A DNA stretch of 64,000 nt from an uncultured bacterium (GTDB taxonomy: Bacteria; Muiribacteriota; Ozemobacteria; Ozemobacterales; Ozemobacteraceae). Position 1 is the stretch's first letter, and each line of letters opens with the position of its first letter. The DNA is taken from positions 827,556 through 891,555 of the forward strand of contig CALEDQ010000008.1 of NCBI GenBank assembly GCA_937949615.1. Direction: 5' to 3'. Positions 63,941-64,000 of this stretch are shown here, one piece after another. The notes below the pieces were generated by a model. The model was not told the DNA's origin, did not search any database, and saw only the letters and a program-made list of their open reading frames with translations. Position numbers and translations under genes: made by a program.

Positions 63941-64000
63941 AATGTCAGGTCATAATAAGTGGGCCAAGGTCAAACACGTTAAGGCCAAAGTAGACGCGAT
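63941..64000 (+). CDS. YebC/PmpR-family transcriptional regulator (5' fragment; continues past window end)
   Basis: MSGHNKWAKVKHVKAKVDA matches the highly conserved YebC N-terminus (M.GHSKWA.IKH.KA..DA). A GGAGGG Shine-Dalgarno sits 9 nt upstream. Confidence 0.65.

Overview
This ~64 kb window appears to come from a diderm (Gram-negative-type) bacterium with roughly 50% GC. Coding density is high and most genes lie on the minus strand. I saw no rRNA, tRNA or CRISPR array. Recognisable housekeeping genes include rpoN, mutS2, glmS, topA, trmFO, dprA-smg, cdaA-cdaR, dapA, an EF-G paralog, a soluble lytic transglycosylase and an Opp/Dpp-type ABC module. They flank two accessory regions. (1) An ~18 kb locus at 15.5-33.1 kb encodes a T2SS/T4P-like machinery: a PilQ/GspD-family secretin, a GspF platform protein and a canonical GspG. 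It also carries seven GspG-like pseudopilin paralogs with ~100-aa C-terminal extensions. Each paralog has a prepilin leader, a DPWG core motif, a shared linker (PPLA..VD..FSR) and a hypervariable tip. They are interleaved with three O-antigen-ligase/PglL-like (Wzy_C, H-N-x-x-L-Q motif) polytopic membrane proteins and a Wza-like polysaccharide-export protein. No GspE/PilB ATPase and no prepilin peptidase are visible. rpoN is adjacent, and two sigma-54-like promoter motifs sit upstream of pseudopilin genes. (2) A seven-gene minus-strand operon at 3.0-11.4 kb starts from a near-consensus sigma-70 promoter. It links a secreted Ala/Pro-rich protein, three membrane proteins, a small protein, a 604-aa actin-like (ASKHA) ATPase with a 373-aa partner, and a Wzz chain-length determinant. 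Other notable items are an EF-G paralog lacking the catalytic His of the G3 motif, a 1494-aa repeat-rich lipoprotein with NHL repeats, an orphan gamma-class N6-adenine methyltransferase with a perfect 24-bp palindrome abutting its start codon, and an Opp-like binding-protein/ATPase set with no permease genes. Most functional calls are motif-based and should be confirmed by HMM or BLAST searches.
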